Positions 9,438 to 17,683 of a stretch of DNA of 46,300 nt are shown here, piece after piece. Below the pieces are notes generated by a model. That model did no database searches. It was given only the letters and a program-made list of their open reading frames with translations, and had not been told where the DNA came from. The stretch is taken from contig MEQL01000035.1 of assembly GCA_001770205.1 (NCBI GenBank), positions 124,001-170,300 of the forward strand. The letters are read 5' to 3'. Each line of letters begins with the position of its first letter. Within the stretch, counting starts at the first letter, position 1. Source of the stretch: Bdellovibrionales bacterium RIFOXYD12_FULL_39_22. Its GTDB lineage: Bacteria > Bdellovibrionota > Bacteriovoracia > Bacteriovoracales > Bacteriovoracaceae. The translations under genes were made by a program, and so were the position numbers.

Positions 9438-10663
9438 ATAAAAAAGTAGTTGTTACCGGAATGGGAGTAATCTCTCCGCTCGGAAATAATTTAGTTGATT
9501 TTGAAAAAGCGCTTTTTGCTGGTAAATCTGGCGTGGGGCCGATTACTCGCTTTGACCCGACGGGCCTTCCGACTACCATTGCATCAGAGGTTAAAAATAT
9601 TGCTAGTGATTTTAGGGATGTGAAAATAACCTTTGCTCTTTTGGCCGCTCAACAAGCGATTTTTGCTGCTTTTGGCCATGAGATGCTTCCTGCGAAGACT
9701 TCATCTTTTTTATCTTTGGGCATTGGCCTGGAACTTTTTTCAATGGAAGATTTAGTAGCGCTTAAATCCAAAGGCCGCGAAAATATTTCAGAAGTAGAAG
9801 ACTTAACTTTTTTAAATACACCCTCAAATATTTGTGGCCATCTTATTTCTAAAAAATATCAACTAACTCATGCTCCTGCTTTTCACATCTCCGCCTGTGC
9901 GGCCGGTACTGATGCCATTGGCCACGGCTTTTTAAAAATTGCCAGAGGAGAGGTTTTGATGGCCTTGGCCGGAGGAACGGATTCCATGATAAATCCGATG
10001 GGGGTTGGTGGGTTTTGTCGGATAGGAGCGATGACGACAAAAAATAGCACGCCTCATTTGGCATCTCGTCCCTTTGATAAATCAAGAGATGGTTTTGTTT
10101 TAGGTGAGGGAGCAGGTTTTTTAGTGTTAGAGGAAGAAGAGTTTGCACGAAAAAGAGGGGCAAAAATAGTAGGCCGAATTTTAGGATATGGAAACAGTTT
10201 GGATGCTTACAGTGTAAGTGATCCTCATCCACAGGGAGAAGGGGCGATTAAGTCGATGCATCGTGCTTTGCAGTCGGCCCATCTTTGCCCTGCAGATATT
10301 TCCGCCATTAGTGTTCATGGAACAGGAACCGCCAAAAATGATCCGGCAGAGGCGGCCGCGATTAGAACACTTTTTAAAGAAGACTATAAACGTATTCCGG
10401 CCTTTGCGACCAAGTCTATGACTGGGCATCTTATTTCTGCGGCCGGAGCTGTGGAGAGCATTGCCACGTTTTTATCTTTGCAAAGACAGCAGCTGCATCC
10501 CACCATAAATCTTCAAGAGGTTGCTGATGGCTGTGAACTCAACCATGTTATCGGGAAGAGTAAAAATTGTTCTCTAAAATACATCCTTAAAAACTCATTC
10601 GGTTTTGGTGGCCAGAATGCCTCACTGGTTTTGGCCCTCGACGAAGGGCCGCGTTTTTGTTAA
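9434..10663 (+). CDS. fabF: Beta-ketoacyl-ACP synthase II
   Basis: VVVTGMGVISPLG, SACAAG (Cys), VHGTGT and TGHL (His-His), SRPFD, GEGAG, NSFGFGGQNA. The ATG at 9434 overlaps the upstream TGA. Confidence 0.92.
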   Translation: MNKKVVVTGMGVISPLGNNLVDFEKALFAGKSGVGPITRFDPTGLPTTIASEVKNIASDFRDVKITFALLAAQQAIFAAFGHEMLPAKTSSFLSLGIGLELFSMEDLVALKSKGRENISEVEDLTFLNTPSNICGHLISKKYQLTHAPAFHISACAAGTDAIGHGFLKIARGEVLMALAGGTDSMINPMGVGGFCRIGAMTTKNSTPHLASRPFDKSRDGFVLGEGAGFLVLEEEEFARKRGAKIVGRILGYGNSLDAYSVSDPHPQGEGAIKSMHRALQSAHLCPADISAISVHGTGTAKNDPAEAAAIRTLFKEDYKRIPAFATKSMTGHLISAAGAVESIATFLSLQRQQLHPTINLQEVADGCELNHVIGKSKNCSLKYILKNSFGFGGQNASLVLALDEGPRFC

Positions 10664-10688
10664 ACTGTTGCTTGTAAAAGGAGTTCTT

Positions 10689-11075
10689 ATGCCCAAGATG
10701 GAGCGCGAGAAAATAGTTGAAGAGATTAAAAATATTATAGCAGATGGATTGAGTATTGATTCATCCACACTATCGCTTGGGAGTTTTTTGGTAACTGATT
10801 TGCGGGCCGATTCCTTAGATATTATGGATTTTATGTTTCAAATCCAAGAAAAATTTAATATTAACCTACAAAAAGAGGATTTTCATTTTCTGAAAAAATT
10901 AAATATGCCACAGGAACAGGCGGTGATTGATGGTTTTTTGTCAGAAGCTGCCATTTCTGCTTTAAGACATTGGCTTCCACAATTACCAGCTTCTGTTAAA
11001 CTACGGCCTGTGGATCTTGGCCAGTATCTATCTTTGGAGTCTTTAGTCATTATTGTTGAAGAAAATTTAAGCTGA
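10689..11075 (+). CDS. Acyl carrier protein, extended form (128 aa)
   Basis: AAGGAG RBS then ATG at 10689; DLRADSLDIMD phosphopantetheine Ser motif; about 40 aa insertion before the last helix. Confidence 0.88.
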   Translation: MPKMEREKIVEEIKNIIADGLSIDSSTLSLGSFLVTDLRADSLDIMDFMFQIQEKFNINLQKEDFHFLKKLNMPQEQAVIDGFLSEAAISALRHWLPQLPASVKLRPVDLGQYLSLESLVIIVEENLS

Positions 11076-11078
11076 ATT
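11033..11078 (+). repeat. Direct repeat copy 1 (3' end of the ACP gene)
   Basis: TTTGGAGTCTTTAGTCATTATTGTTGAAGAAAATTTAAGCTGAATT recurs at 12403-12449. Confidence 0.9.
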
Positions 11079-11104
11079 ATATGCCTTTGAGGATCAAAGC
11101 TTAC

Positions 11105-11160
11105 TATATGCCTTCTGTAAAATCATAAAAGCCTATTTACATTTTTACAGAAGGCATATA
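11105..11160. promoter_or_regulatory. Perfect 18 bp inverted repeat overlapping a sigma70-like promoter; operator candidate for the ATPase gene
   Basis: TATATGCCTTCTGTAAAA (11105-11122) and TTTTACAGAAGGCATATA (11143-11160) with a 20 nt spacer. TTTACA at 11136 and TATAAT at 11157 lie just upstream of ATG 11174. Confidence 0.65.
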
Positions 11161-11173
11161 ATCTGTATTTACT

Positions 11174-12367
11174 ATGCCGCATATCAGAAAACGTTTTCTT
11201 GAAGGTTTATTAAGGAAAACGCTCCGCTACTCTCCAATTGTTGGAATTTTTGGCCATCGCCAAGTTGGTAAAACGACGTTGGCAAATTTATTAAGCAAGC
11301 GTTATATTTCTTTAGATTCGGCATCATCACTGGCGCTCGCTTCCCAAGATGCCGCTAGTTTTTTAGAGAAAAACAAGGCAAGTCCTCTGGTTATCGACGA
11401 ATGCCAACTTGCTCCGGAACTTTTTCCTGCGTTAAAAGAACATGTGCGACAAAATCAAAGTCCAGGACAATTCTTGCTCACAGGATCGGTGCGATTTAGT
11501 TCTCGCCGAGCTATTAGAGAATCTTTGACTGGTAGAATTGTGGCCTGGGAACTGTTACCAATGGATATGAGCGAAACGTATCAAAGCACATTGCCGATAG
11601 CTCTTATTAAAATGCTAACGGCAAAAAGCGTCGATATTGATTTGCCTACCGCAAATTATTTTACTGAAAAAAACTACTTACGTTATCTCCAAAACGGTGG
11701 CCTTCCTGGTATTTTTAGTATTAGGGATTCTGCGATAAAGCGCCAGCGCTATGAGACTCAGATAAATACTATTTTAGAGCGGGACTTACAACTGATATTT
11801 CCAACAACATTAAGCTATCGAACACTCCGCCACCTTCTGGCAACTCTGGCCAGCAAAGTTGGAGAACCTCTAGAGTGGTCATCGTTGAGTCGCGCAGTGC
11901 GTATCTCTATTCCAACGCTTTATAAGCTTATTGCGGCATTTGAGGCGATGTTTCTCATTCGACTCATACCTACCGTGGGATCACAAAAAAAAGCAGTACT
12001 TTTTTTTGAAGATGTAGGAGAGGCCAATTACTTATCAAGTTTAGCAAAAAATGAACTGACAGCACTAACGCTTTTTTTATTTGCTAATCTAAGAACGCAA
12101 TTCATGTATCGTCCGGAAGCATCAGTAGAAATATTTCAATATCGTAATCGCGGAGGAGGTTTTGTACCGCTTTGCTTTAATACTTCGAATCATTACCTTG
12201 GAATATTACCATCTTTGGAGGAAAATCCAAGTGATTCAATTTTGGGAAGTGCTAGGAGCTTTTTAAGAAAATATAAGCAGGCCAAAATTCTTATTGTTCA
12301 TAGAGGAGATAAGGACAAAATTTTACAAGATAATATTCGTATAGTAAGTGCAGGGCAGTTGATTTAA
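11174..12367 (+). CDS. AAA+ ATPase (AAA_14 + DUF4143 type)
   Basis: Walker A GHRQVGKT, Walker B VIDECQ, LTGS, ESLTGR, GGLP, ERDL and a wHTH-like segment. Confidence 0.88.
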   Translation: MPHIRKRFLEGLLRKTLRYSPIVGIFGHRQVGKTTLANLLSKRYISLDSASSLALASQDAASFLEKNKASPLVIDECQLAPELFPALKEHVRQNQSPGQFLLTGSVRFSSRRAIRESLTGRIVAWELLPMDMSETYQSTLPIALIKMLTAKSVDIDLPTANYFTEKNYLRYLQNGGLPGIFSIRDSAIKRQRYETQINTILERDLQLIFPTTLSYRTLRHLLATLASKVGEPLEWSSLSRAVRISIPTLYKLIAAFEAMFLIRLIPTVGSQKKAVLFFEDVGEANYLSSLAKNELTALTLFLFANLRTQFMYRPEASVEIFQYRNRGGGFVPLCFNTSNHYLGILPSLEENPSDSILGSARSFLRKYKQAKILIVHRGDKDKILQDNIRIVSAGQLI

Positions 12368-12402
12368 AAAAAGAATCGCCGTGGATTAGTCAATTATTTA
12401 TT

Positions 12403-12449
12403 TTTGGAGTCTTTAGTCATTATTGTTGAAAAAAAATTTAAGCTGAATT
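12403..12449 (+). repeat. Direct repeat copy 2 (decayed duplicate of the ACP 3' end)
   Basis: Same as 11033-11078 except a G>A change and one extra A in the A-run. Confidence 0.9.
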
Positions 12450-12481
12450 TATAAGTCTTACTTTTTAGTCAGGATGTTAAA

Positions 12482-12775
12482 ATGCATAGTCTATTTGGCG
12501 AAATGATCGGTACTTTTCTTATTGTATTTTTCGGCTGTGGAAGTGTAGCGGTTTCCACGATATTTAATACAGGTATGAGTCTTTCAGATGTGGCCATGGT
12601 TTGGGGAGGTGCTGTTGCATTGGCCATTTATTCTACAAGATATCTTTCTTGTGCTCATCTAAATCCAGCAATATCTATTGCGATGGTAGTGGCCGGTAGA
12701 ATGAAATTAAAAAATATCGCTCCGTATATTCTTTTTCAATGTTTTGGTGCTTTTTTTGGTGCACTACTTTGTTAA
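12482..12775 (+). pseudogene. Truncated aquaporin/MIP (GlpF/AqpZ family), N-terminal half only
   Basis: GEMIGTF, FGCGSV and AHLNPAISI (first NPA). It stops at 97 aa, and no second NPA half follows before the convergent gene. Confidence 0.8.
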
Positions 12776-12810
12776 CCCGGCCTGCAGGCGCAGGGCGGGT
12801 TCAGTTTTTT
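12774..12810 (+). terminator. GC-rich hairpin followed by a T-tract; probable intrinsic terminator
   Basis: AACCCGGCCTGC-AGGC-GCAGGGCGGGTT (11/12 bp paired), then CAGTTTTTT; lies between convergent genes. Confidence 0.5.
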
Positions 12811-12875
12811 CTTGCAGATAAAATTTCTGTGAACAAGGCATCACCAACATTAGTTGGCCCATTATGGGAGGTACG

Positions 12876-13514
12876 CTACTGCCAAAACAGAGATGCGGAG
12901 TATTGCATGAATGGCTCCTTTTCATTTGCATTACTTGCACCAGCAATTGGTTTTGCGTAGCCAATTTCAGCAATCAATCCCCAGTCATCTCCCCATTTGA
13001 AACCAGCAGATCCTCCGGCCAGAAAAATTGTTGAAGATTCATCTCCTAAGTCCCCTCCCGTGGCATTCATCAGTTTACTACTTAAAGTTGGAGTAAAAAG
13101 AATTGCAAAATTCTCCCTCAAGTTATAATCCATGAAGATTGGAATTTTAAGCTCTATGAATGTGGATTTTCTCTCTCCACTTGAAACTGAAAAATATCCA
13201 ACCCCAAGCCCAGTGGATAGGTTTAGATCACCGTTCATAAGCTGATATTTTGCATCAAAGGCCGGAGATAATCCGTTGGTAACTCGAACACCTGCATCTA
13301 AGTTTGGAAAAATACCTCTACGATACATAATTTCTAGAGTTGGAAAAGAAAACTTATCACTTTCTCCTTCTACGTGGTACTTTGAGCTAAATTGGCCTAC
13401 GCCAATCGCAAATGAACTTTTGTCCACATCCAGGACTTTTGCTGTTTGCATCTGAGTTACAGTTGAACAAGAAACAAAAAACAGGACAATAAAAGACAAT
13501 AAAATGCTTTGCAT
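12876..13514 (-). CDS. Lipoprotein with outer-membrane beta-barrel-like sequence
   Basis: Lipobox FVSC; alternating beta-strand pattern; aromatic C-terminus (YSASLFWQ); GGAGG RBS. Confidence 0.7.
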   Translation of the reverse strand: MQSILLSFIVLFFVSCSTVTQMQTAKVLDVDKSSFAIGVGQFSSKYHVEGESDKFSFPTLEIMYRRGIFPNLDAGVRVTNGLSPAFDAKYQLMNGDLNLSTGLGVGYFSVSSGERKSTFIELKIPIFMDYNLRENFAILFTPTLSSKLMNATGGDLGDESSTIFLAGGSAGFKWGDDWGLIAEIGYAKPIAGASNANEKEPFMQYSASLFWQ

Positions 13515-13553
13515 AGTTCCTCCAAAAAAATAAGTGTTAAAAAAAATATTTAA

Positions 13554-14069
13554 TTACTGAGTACAGATCGCCAGTTCAAATTCTCCGCTCACCGAATTAT
13601 CGCTGTCGTAGTTAGCAACCATTCTTCCTCGCAATGTAGAACCATCGATATCATCAATTATTAATCGTCCATCAGTAACAAATAAATTCAAGTAGGACCC
13701 ATCTTGCTCTTCAAACGCAAAAGTTACATTCTGAGATAAACTAAATGGGTACTCACCGCGTTTTAAAGGGAAACTTCCAAGGATGGAGCGATTAGAACTG
13801 GAAATAAATACACTACAAGGATCTGCCTCATATGTTTCCCAAAAATCAAAGGAGAGTTTATTGTTGTCAAATGTGGATGTTGTTACGCGCCCTGATTTAA
13901 AGGTCCAGCCGAAACCATTGATAGTTCCATCTAAGGTTCCTGCTTGAATAGAACGTCGATCTCCTCTCGGCTTTTTATCATTATTATTATCGCTGATTTC
14001 TGTTTTACATGCAGAAATCGAGAGAGTTAAAAGCGTAATCATTAATAGTCTGTTTGTCACAGTTTTCAT
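13554..14069 (-). CDS. Hypothetical beta-rich lipoprotein
   Basis: Lipobox ISAC, GGAG RBS, beta-strand-rich body with a Cys pair. Confidence 0.75.
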   Translation of the reverse strand: MKTVTNRLLMITLLTLSISACKTEISDNNNDKKPRGDRRSIQAGTLDGTINGFGWTFKSGRVTTSTFDNNKLSFDFWETYEADPCSVFISSSNRSILGSFPLKRGEYPFSLSQNVTFAFEEQDGSYLNLFVTDGRLIIDDIDGSTLRGRMVANYDSDNSVSGEFELAICTQ

Positions 14070-14184
14070 TGTGTTTCTCCATTGTTTTACTGTTGTTGTG
14101 TGCGCAGGTGCAGTCTAACTCAACAATTAACAAAAGTGAAGAAGAGGATTGGGATTGTGTTCTGTGAGATTCTGTAGACCCCAG

Positions 14185-14988
14185 TCAAGAGATCTCATCC
14201 ATCGGGAATAGTTGAGTAGAAAAACAGTAGACGCGATTGCGTCTGCGACTGCCTGTTAATAGCTTATTTAGTTCTACAGTAAAATCACGAATCATTTTTT
14301 TTGCTGTCCCAATTTGTGCAGCATCAATAGGTACGACCAGTGAGTTATATTCACGCTCATGTAATTGTGTAGTAAAAAGTGCACCTAATGATTTTAGAAT
14401 AATTTCTTTGTGATAGTTTTTTATGGAGGCACTAGGTATTTCAGTGGGCCACATAAAGAGACTATCGTCAATTCGCTGTAGACGTCCTTTTTCTCGTTTT
14501 AGTAGTCCAGTTGAAATAAGTTTATCGATGCACTCTTGTGCCCTCTCTTCACTAATTTTAAGTCTAGTTGCCACCCACTTGATAGAATCCTTTGCACCAT
14601 TTAAGAGCATCAACTCAGCAACTGCCAGGTATTCCCAATGGGAAATAATTTCGAAAAGTTCAAGTGATAATCTACGCTGCTCTTGCATTCCAAATTTCTT
14701 CAAACGTAGCTTAGCAGATTTTTTTGCCATTTGAGATCTTCCATGTTCACTTTCTACTAACGTAGAAAAAAAATCAGTTTCCATCACGTTGAAATTTAAT
14801 ATTTTTGCTATCTCACAGGCCTTTTTTGCAGAAAGTCCCTGTTTGCCTTGTAGTATCTCTGAAAGCCTAGAAGGCGATGTTTTAAGATCACGGGAAAATG
14901 CACGTAATGAGTAATTTGGATTGTGTGCTTTTCTTTTCTCAAATTCCTCAGTCAAAATATCACGATAATTGTTGTGGTCATAGAACAT
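14185..14988 (-). CDS. TIGR02147-family protein (N-terminal HTH + DUF4423), probable regulator
   Basis: YRDIL..EFEKRK..NPNYSLRAFSRDL..SPSRLSEIL.GKQGLS, then SHWEYLAV, IPSASIKNYH and VYCFSTQLFP. Confidence 0.85.
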   Translation of the reverse strand: MFYDHNNYRDILTEEFEKRKAHNPNYSLRAFSRDLKTSPSRLSEILQGKQGLSAKKACEIAKILNFNVMETDFFSTLVESEHGRSQMAKKSAKLRLKKFGMQEQRRLSLELFEIISHWEYLAVAELMLLNGAKDSIKWVATRLKISEERAQECIDKLISTGLLKREKGRLQRIDDSLFMWPTEIPSASIKNYHKEIILKSLGALFTTQLHEREYNSLVVPIDAAQIGTAKKMIRDFTVELNKLLTGSRRRNRVYCFSTQLFPMDEIS

Positions 14989-16192
14989 TGCTGATCAACC
15001 TACATATTATTTTTACGTTGGGGAAACGTTTTTTTAAACTTGTTTCCATTTGCTGCAAGTAGATTTCGTTATTCGATTCAAGATGAAGTTCCTGCAAATT
15101 AGGCGGAAGAATAGACAAAGTCGCTGGAAGTGTCAGTTTCATTATACGAAGAGATTCAAGATTTAAAAAGGGCTCGTTAATAACGAGTCCTTGATTTTCT
15201 CTTAGATCAAGCGTTTCAAGATATTTTAGATCACGCAAAATTTCATTACTCAGAATGGTTAAAGAGTCATTTACTAATGTTAAGTTTTTTAATTGGTACA
15301 TTGGTGAAAAAATGCGTGGAGGGAGCATTGACTGCAAAGAAGAAGTATTATTAATGATTAAGTCGGAAGTTTTACCAAAACCATAAAAGTCACCAAAGCG
15401 AAATAAGAATCCTTCTGGTATGTTGTCAAAGTGTATGGCGGAGACAGATGAGAGATCCCTTGCCGAAATTTTTTCACACTCTTTTGGAAAGTATGCTTGA
15501 ATAATTTTTGATCGTTCACAATAATCAAGCTTTGGAGCAAAGAGATTCCATGCGGAGAATTTTTCAATTAATTCTCGTCGACTTAATTTTTGAAGTTCCT
15601 TTGAGTGCATAAGCCAATTAAGTTTTCGCAAAATTCGCACATCACTAGTAAAATCCCACATCCATTCATGCATCAAAAAAAAGGAGTATTGGAGAGGATT
15701 GTATATTCGTTGATGGACTAGAATATTTTTGTCAAAGTTGTAACGAATTGGCTCGTATATACTTTGGCGAATTACTGTCTGATAAATCTGTGGTTTTTTA
15801 TTTCTTATACAATTTTCAGGTAATTGTTCGATTATGTTTTCATCATTTATATCTATCAGTTCACCGGTGGCCTCGTGCCAACTACGATTTACTCCATTAC
15901 GCAGGTATAGCGAACCAAAAAAATCATCAAAATGGGGAAGCAGTTCTGGATATTTTTCTTCCAAAAGCTGGCGAATATTGTCTCGGTTCTCTTCAAATGT
16001 TGTGTCAATACTGTAGTCGGCCAAATCCAAATCTTTATATTCTAGTAGAAAGTCGAGAGTGTAATATCCTAGGAAAGGACTTTTAGGATTGTTTTCACAA
16101 AAAATTGTGTCTCCACCATTTCCGACTAATGATCCACCGGCCAGTAATGAATGTGCATAAAGTACTGTCATTAATGCGATCAGAACTTTCAT
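14978..16192 (-). CDS. Secreted protein with GNGG N-terminal motif and C-terminal leucine-rich repeats
   Basis: GGAGG RBS then ATG at 16192 (MKVLIAL); signal peptide, GGSLVGNGG, LRR units (LKNLTLVND, LETLDLREN, LQELHLESN). Confidence 0.75.
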   Translation of the reverse strand: MKVLIALMTVLYAHSLLAGGSLVGNGGDTIFCENNPKSPFLGYYTLDFLLEYKDLDLADYSIDTTFEENRDNIRQLLEEKYPELLPHFDDFFGSLYLRNGVNRSWHEATGELIDINDENIIEQLPENCIRNKKPQIYQTVIRQSIYEPIRYNFDKNILVHQRIYNPLQYSFFLMHEWMWDFTSDVRILRKLNWLMHSKELQKLSRRELIEKFSAWNLFAPKLDYCERSKIIQAYFPKECEKISARDLSSVSAIHFDNIPEGFLFRFGDFYGFGKTSDLIINNTSSLQSMLPPRIFSPMYQLKNLTLVNDSLTILSNEILRDLKYLETLDLRENQGLVINEPFLNLESLRIMKLTLPATLSILPPNLQELHLESNNEIYLQQMETSLKKRFPNVKIICRLISNVL

Positions 16193-16336
16193 AAATCCTC
16201 CCAAAGATATTCAAGGTTAGGCCATTTTTAGCAAAAACTGTCAGGGGAAGCAAGTAAACTTTACTGGGTCAGTTGTCTTTATGTATTCGATAGGCCACAA
16301 ACATGCAACATCTTAATTATTGTCCTCGGAGAAAAT

Positions 16337-17683
16337 ATGCATTCTTTTAAACTTTTAATTTTAGTTTCTCTTGTTTTAACATCCTCGCTCTCAGCCGAAA
16401 CAATCTCCCACGTATATTTTGCAAATGTAGATGCTAATGCGCAGATTGATGTTTTAAAAACAGTTCCATTATTAGTGTCATTAAGTGAGCGTAAAATATT
16501 GGCGGTACGAGTTTTTCTGGCACCTCGAGTCCAAGCACCGATGAGGGTTAATTTTGAGGTTAATAAGCAAGTAACTGCCCAAACATTACCTTTTTATACG
16601 CCTGAAGAAATGAAAGATTTTCAATCACTATCGGTGGCCATTCCAGGATTAAATTTACGCGAAATTAAATCACTCAATTTGAAATTTATTGATAGTGCCG
16701 CAGTAAGCTTGATTGCGCTGGATTATGAAGAGACTGCTCATGATCCTGCTGGTGATAATCATTTGGAGCAGATAAAGCGTCTTGAAAAGTTGAGTGAGTA
16801 TAATCTTTATGAGGAAAATAATCGAGCTTCGAAAGATAAGGAGATCCGTAGGCAGGCCGCGGTTGACCTATTACAATATCCATCAACACGTGCGCTAAAA
16901 ATACTCTTTGAACGTGTAGATTATGATGGAGTTAGAGACGACTATGATCTTAAGCGGCAGGCCCTACATTCTTTTAAACAGATGATTCCGGCATTTACAT
17001 CACTTTTTGGTGAGCTATCAATAATGGAGACACTGACTTACTTATATAATCGCTATCATGATTGGAATGTGCGAGACACAATGTTGGAAGCGATGTACGA
17101 CTTTCAAACTTCAGCAGCACTTTTTTTTTCAATCAATAATCATGTATATTCTGGCACTGCAGAACGAAGGGTGTCGAATATCTCTATTCTCGAAGAGATA
17201 TACAAGAAATCGGATTTTTTACAATATGTTGAATATTTTAAAGATAGAATTTTAAACGAAACCTTCGGAGAATTTGCTGATAATCAAGAGTGGGCACAGG
17301 AAGTCGCTTGTGATGTGCTGGCAAAAGCACCACAAAATGGACTGTTGAAAAAAATATTTCCGCTCTTTAAAAACGAAAGCTGGAGTTTTCAAGTCCATTG
17401 CGAAAATGCGCTAATTGCCTCTCTAGTCAATTATGATTTAAAAGAGGAGATTCTTTCGGATGTAGATTTGGATTATGTCTTTTCCGTAATTGGCCAAACC
17501 TATAAGCGAGGTGATTCCGTTTTTGACTCAGGTTATACGCATGATCATAGTGAACGTATTATTTCCGCATATATTTTATTAGAAATCAAAACAGCTGAAG
17601 CAGTCATGTTATTGAAAAAAATATCTAAAGAACCGGAACTTGAAGATGATATTCGCAAAGCAATCTTGGAAAATTTACGATGA
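16337..17683 (+). CDS. Secreted protein with a HEAT-repeat-like helical C-terminal region
   Basis: Signal peptide (SLSA/ET); IRRQAAVDL, LKRQALHSF, VRDTMLEAM and IRKAILENL HEAT-like units. Confidence 0.65.
   Translation: MHSFKLLILVSLVLTSSLSAETISHVYFANVDANAQIDVLKTVPLLVSLSERKILAVRVFLAPRVQAPMRVNFEVNKQVTAQTLPFYTPEEMKDFQSLSVAIPGLNLREIKSLNLKFIDSAAVSLIALDYEETAHDPAGDNHLEQIKRLEKLSEYNLYEENNRASKDKEIRRQAAVDLLQYPSTRALKILFERVDYDGVRDDYDLKRQALHSFKQMIPAFTSLFGELSIMETLTYLYNRYHDWNVRDTMLEAMYDFQTSAALFFSINNHVYSGTAERRVSNISILEEIYKKSDFLQYVEYFKDRILNETFGEFADNQEWAQEVACDVLAKAPQNGLLKKIFPLFKNESWSFQVHCENALIASLVNYDLKEEILSDVDLDYVFSVIGQTYKRGDSVFDSGYTHDHSERIISAYILLEIKTAEAVMLLKKISKEPELEDDIRKAILENLR

Noticed and set aside
10605..10688. 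N-terminal extension of the ACP in the ORF track (156 aa)
   Set aside because: Overlaps fabF; the AAGGAG RBS supports ATG 10689.
2971..11075. Assigning the operon as a RiPP, aryl polyene or ladderane cluster
   Set aside because: No precursor peptide or SPASM maturase is seen, and aryl-polyene-specific partners are absent. Ladderane chemistry cannot be inferred from FAS + radical SAM content alone.
12739..12973. Short ORFs 12739-12960 (+) and 12764-12973 (-) as a frameshifted continuation of the aquaporin
   Set aside because: No second NPA motif or MIP-like helices, and they overlap the convergent lipoprotein gene.
16226..16245. Possible sigma54 promoter (TGACAG..TTGC) for the LRR gene
   Set aside because: Lacks the invariant GG and has the wrong -24/-12 spacing.
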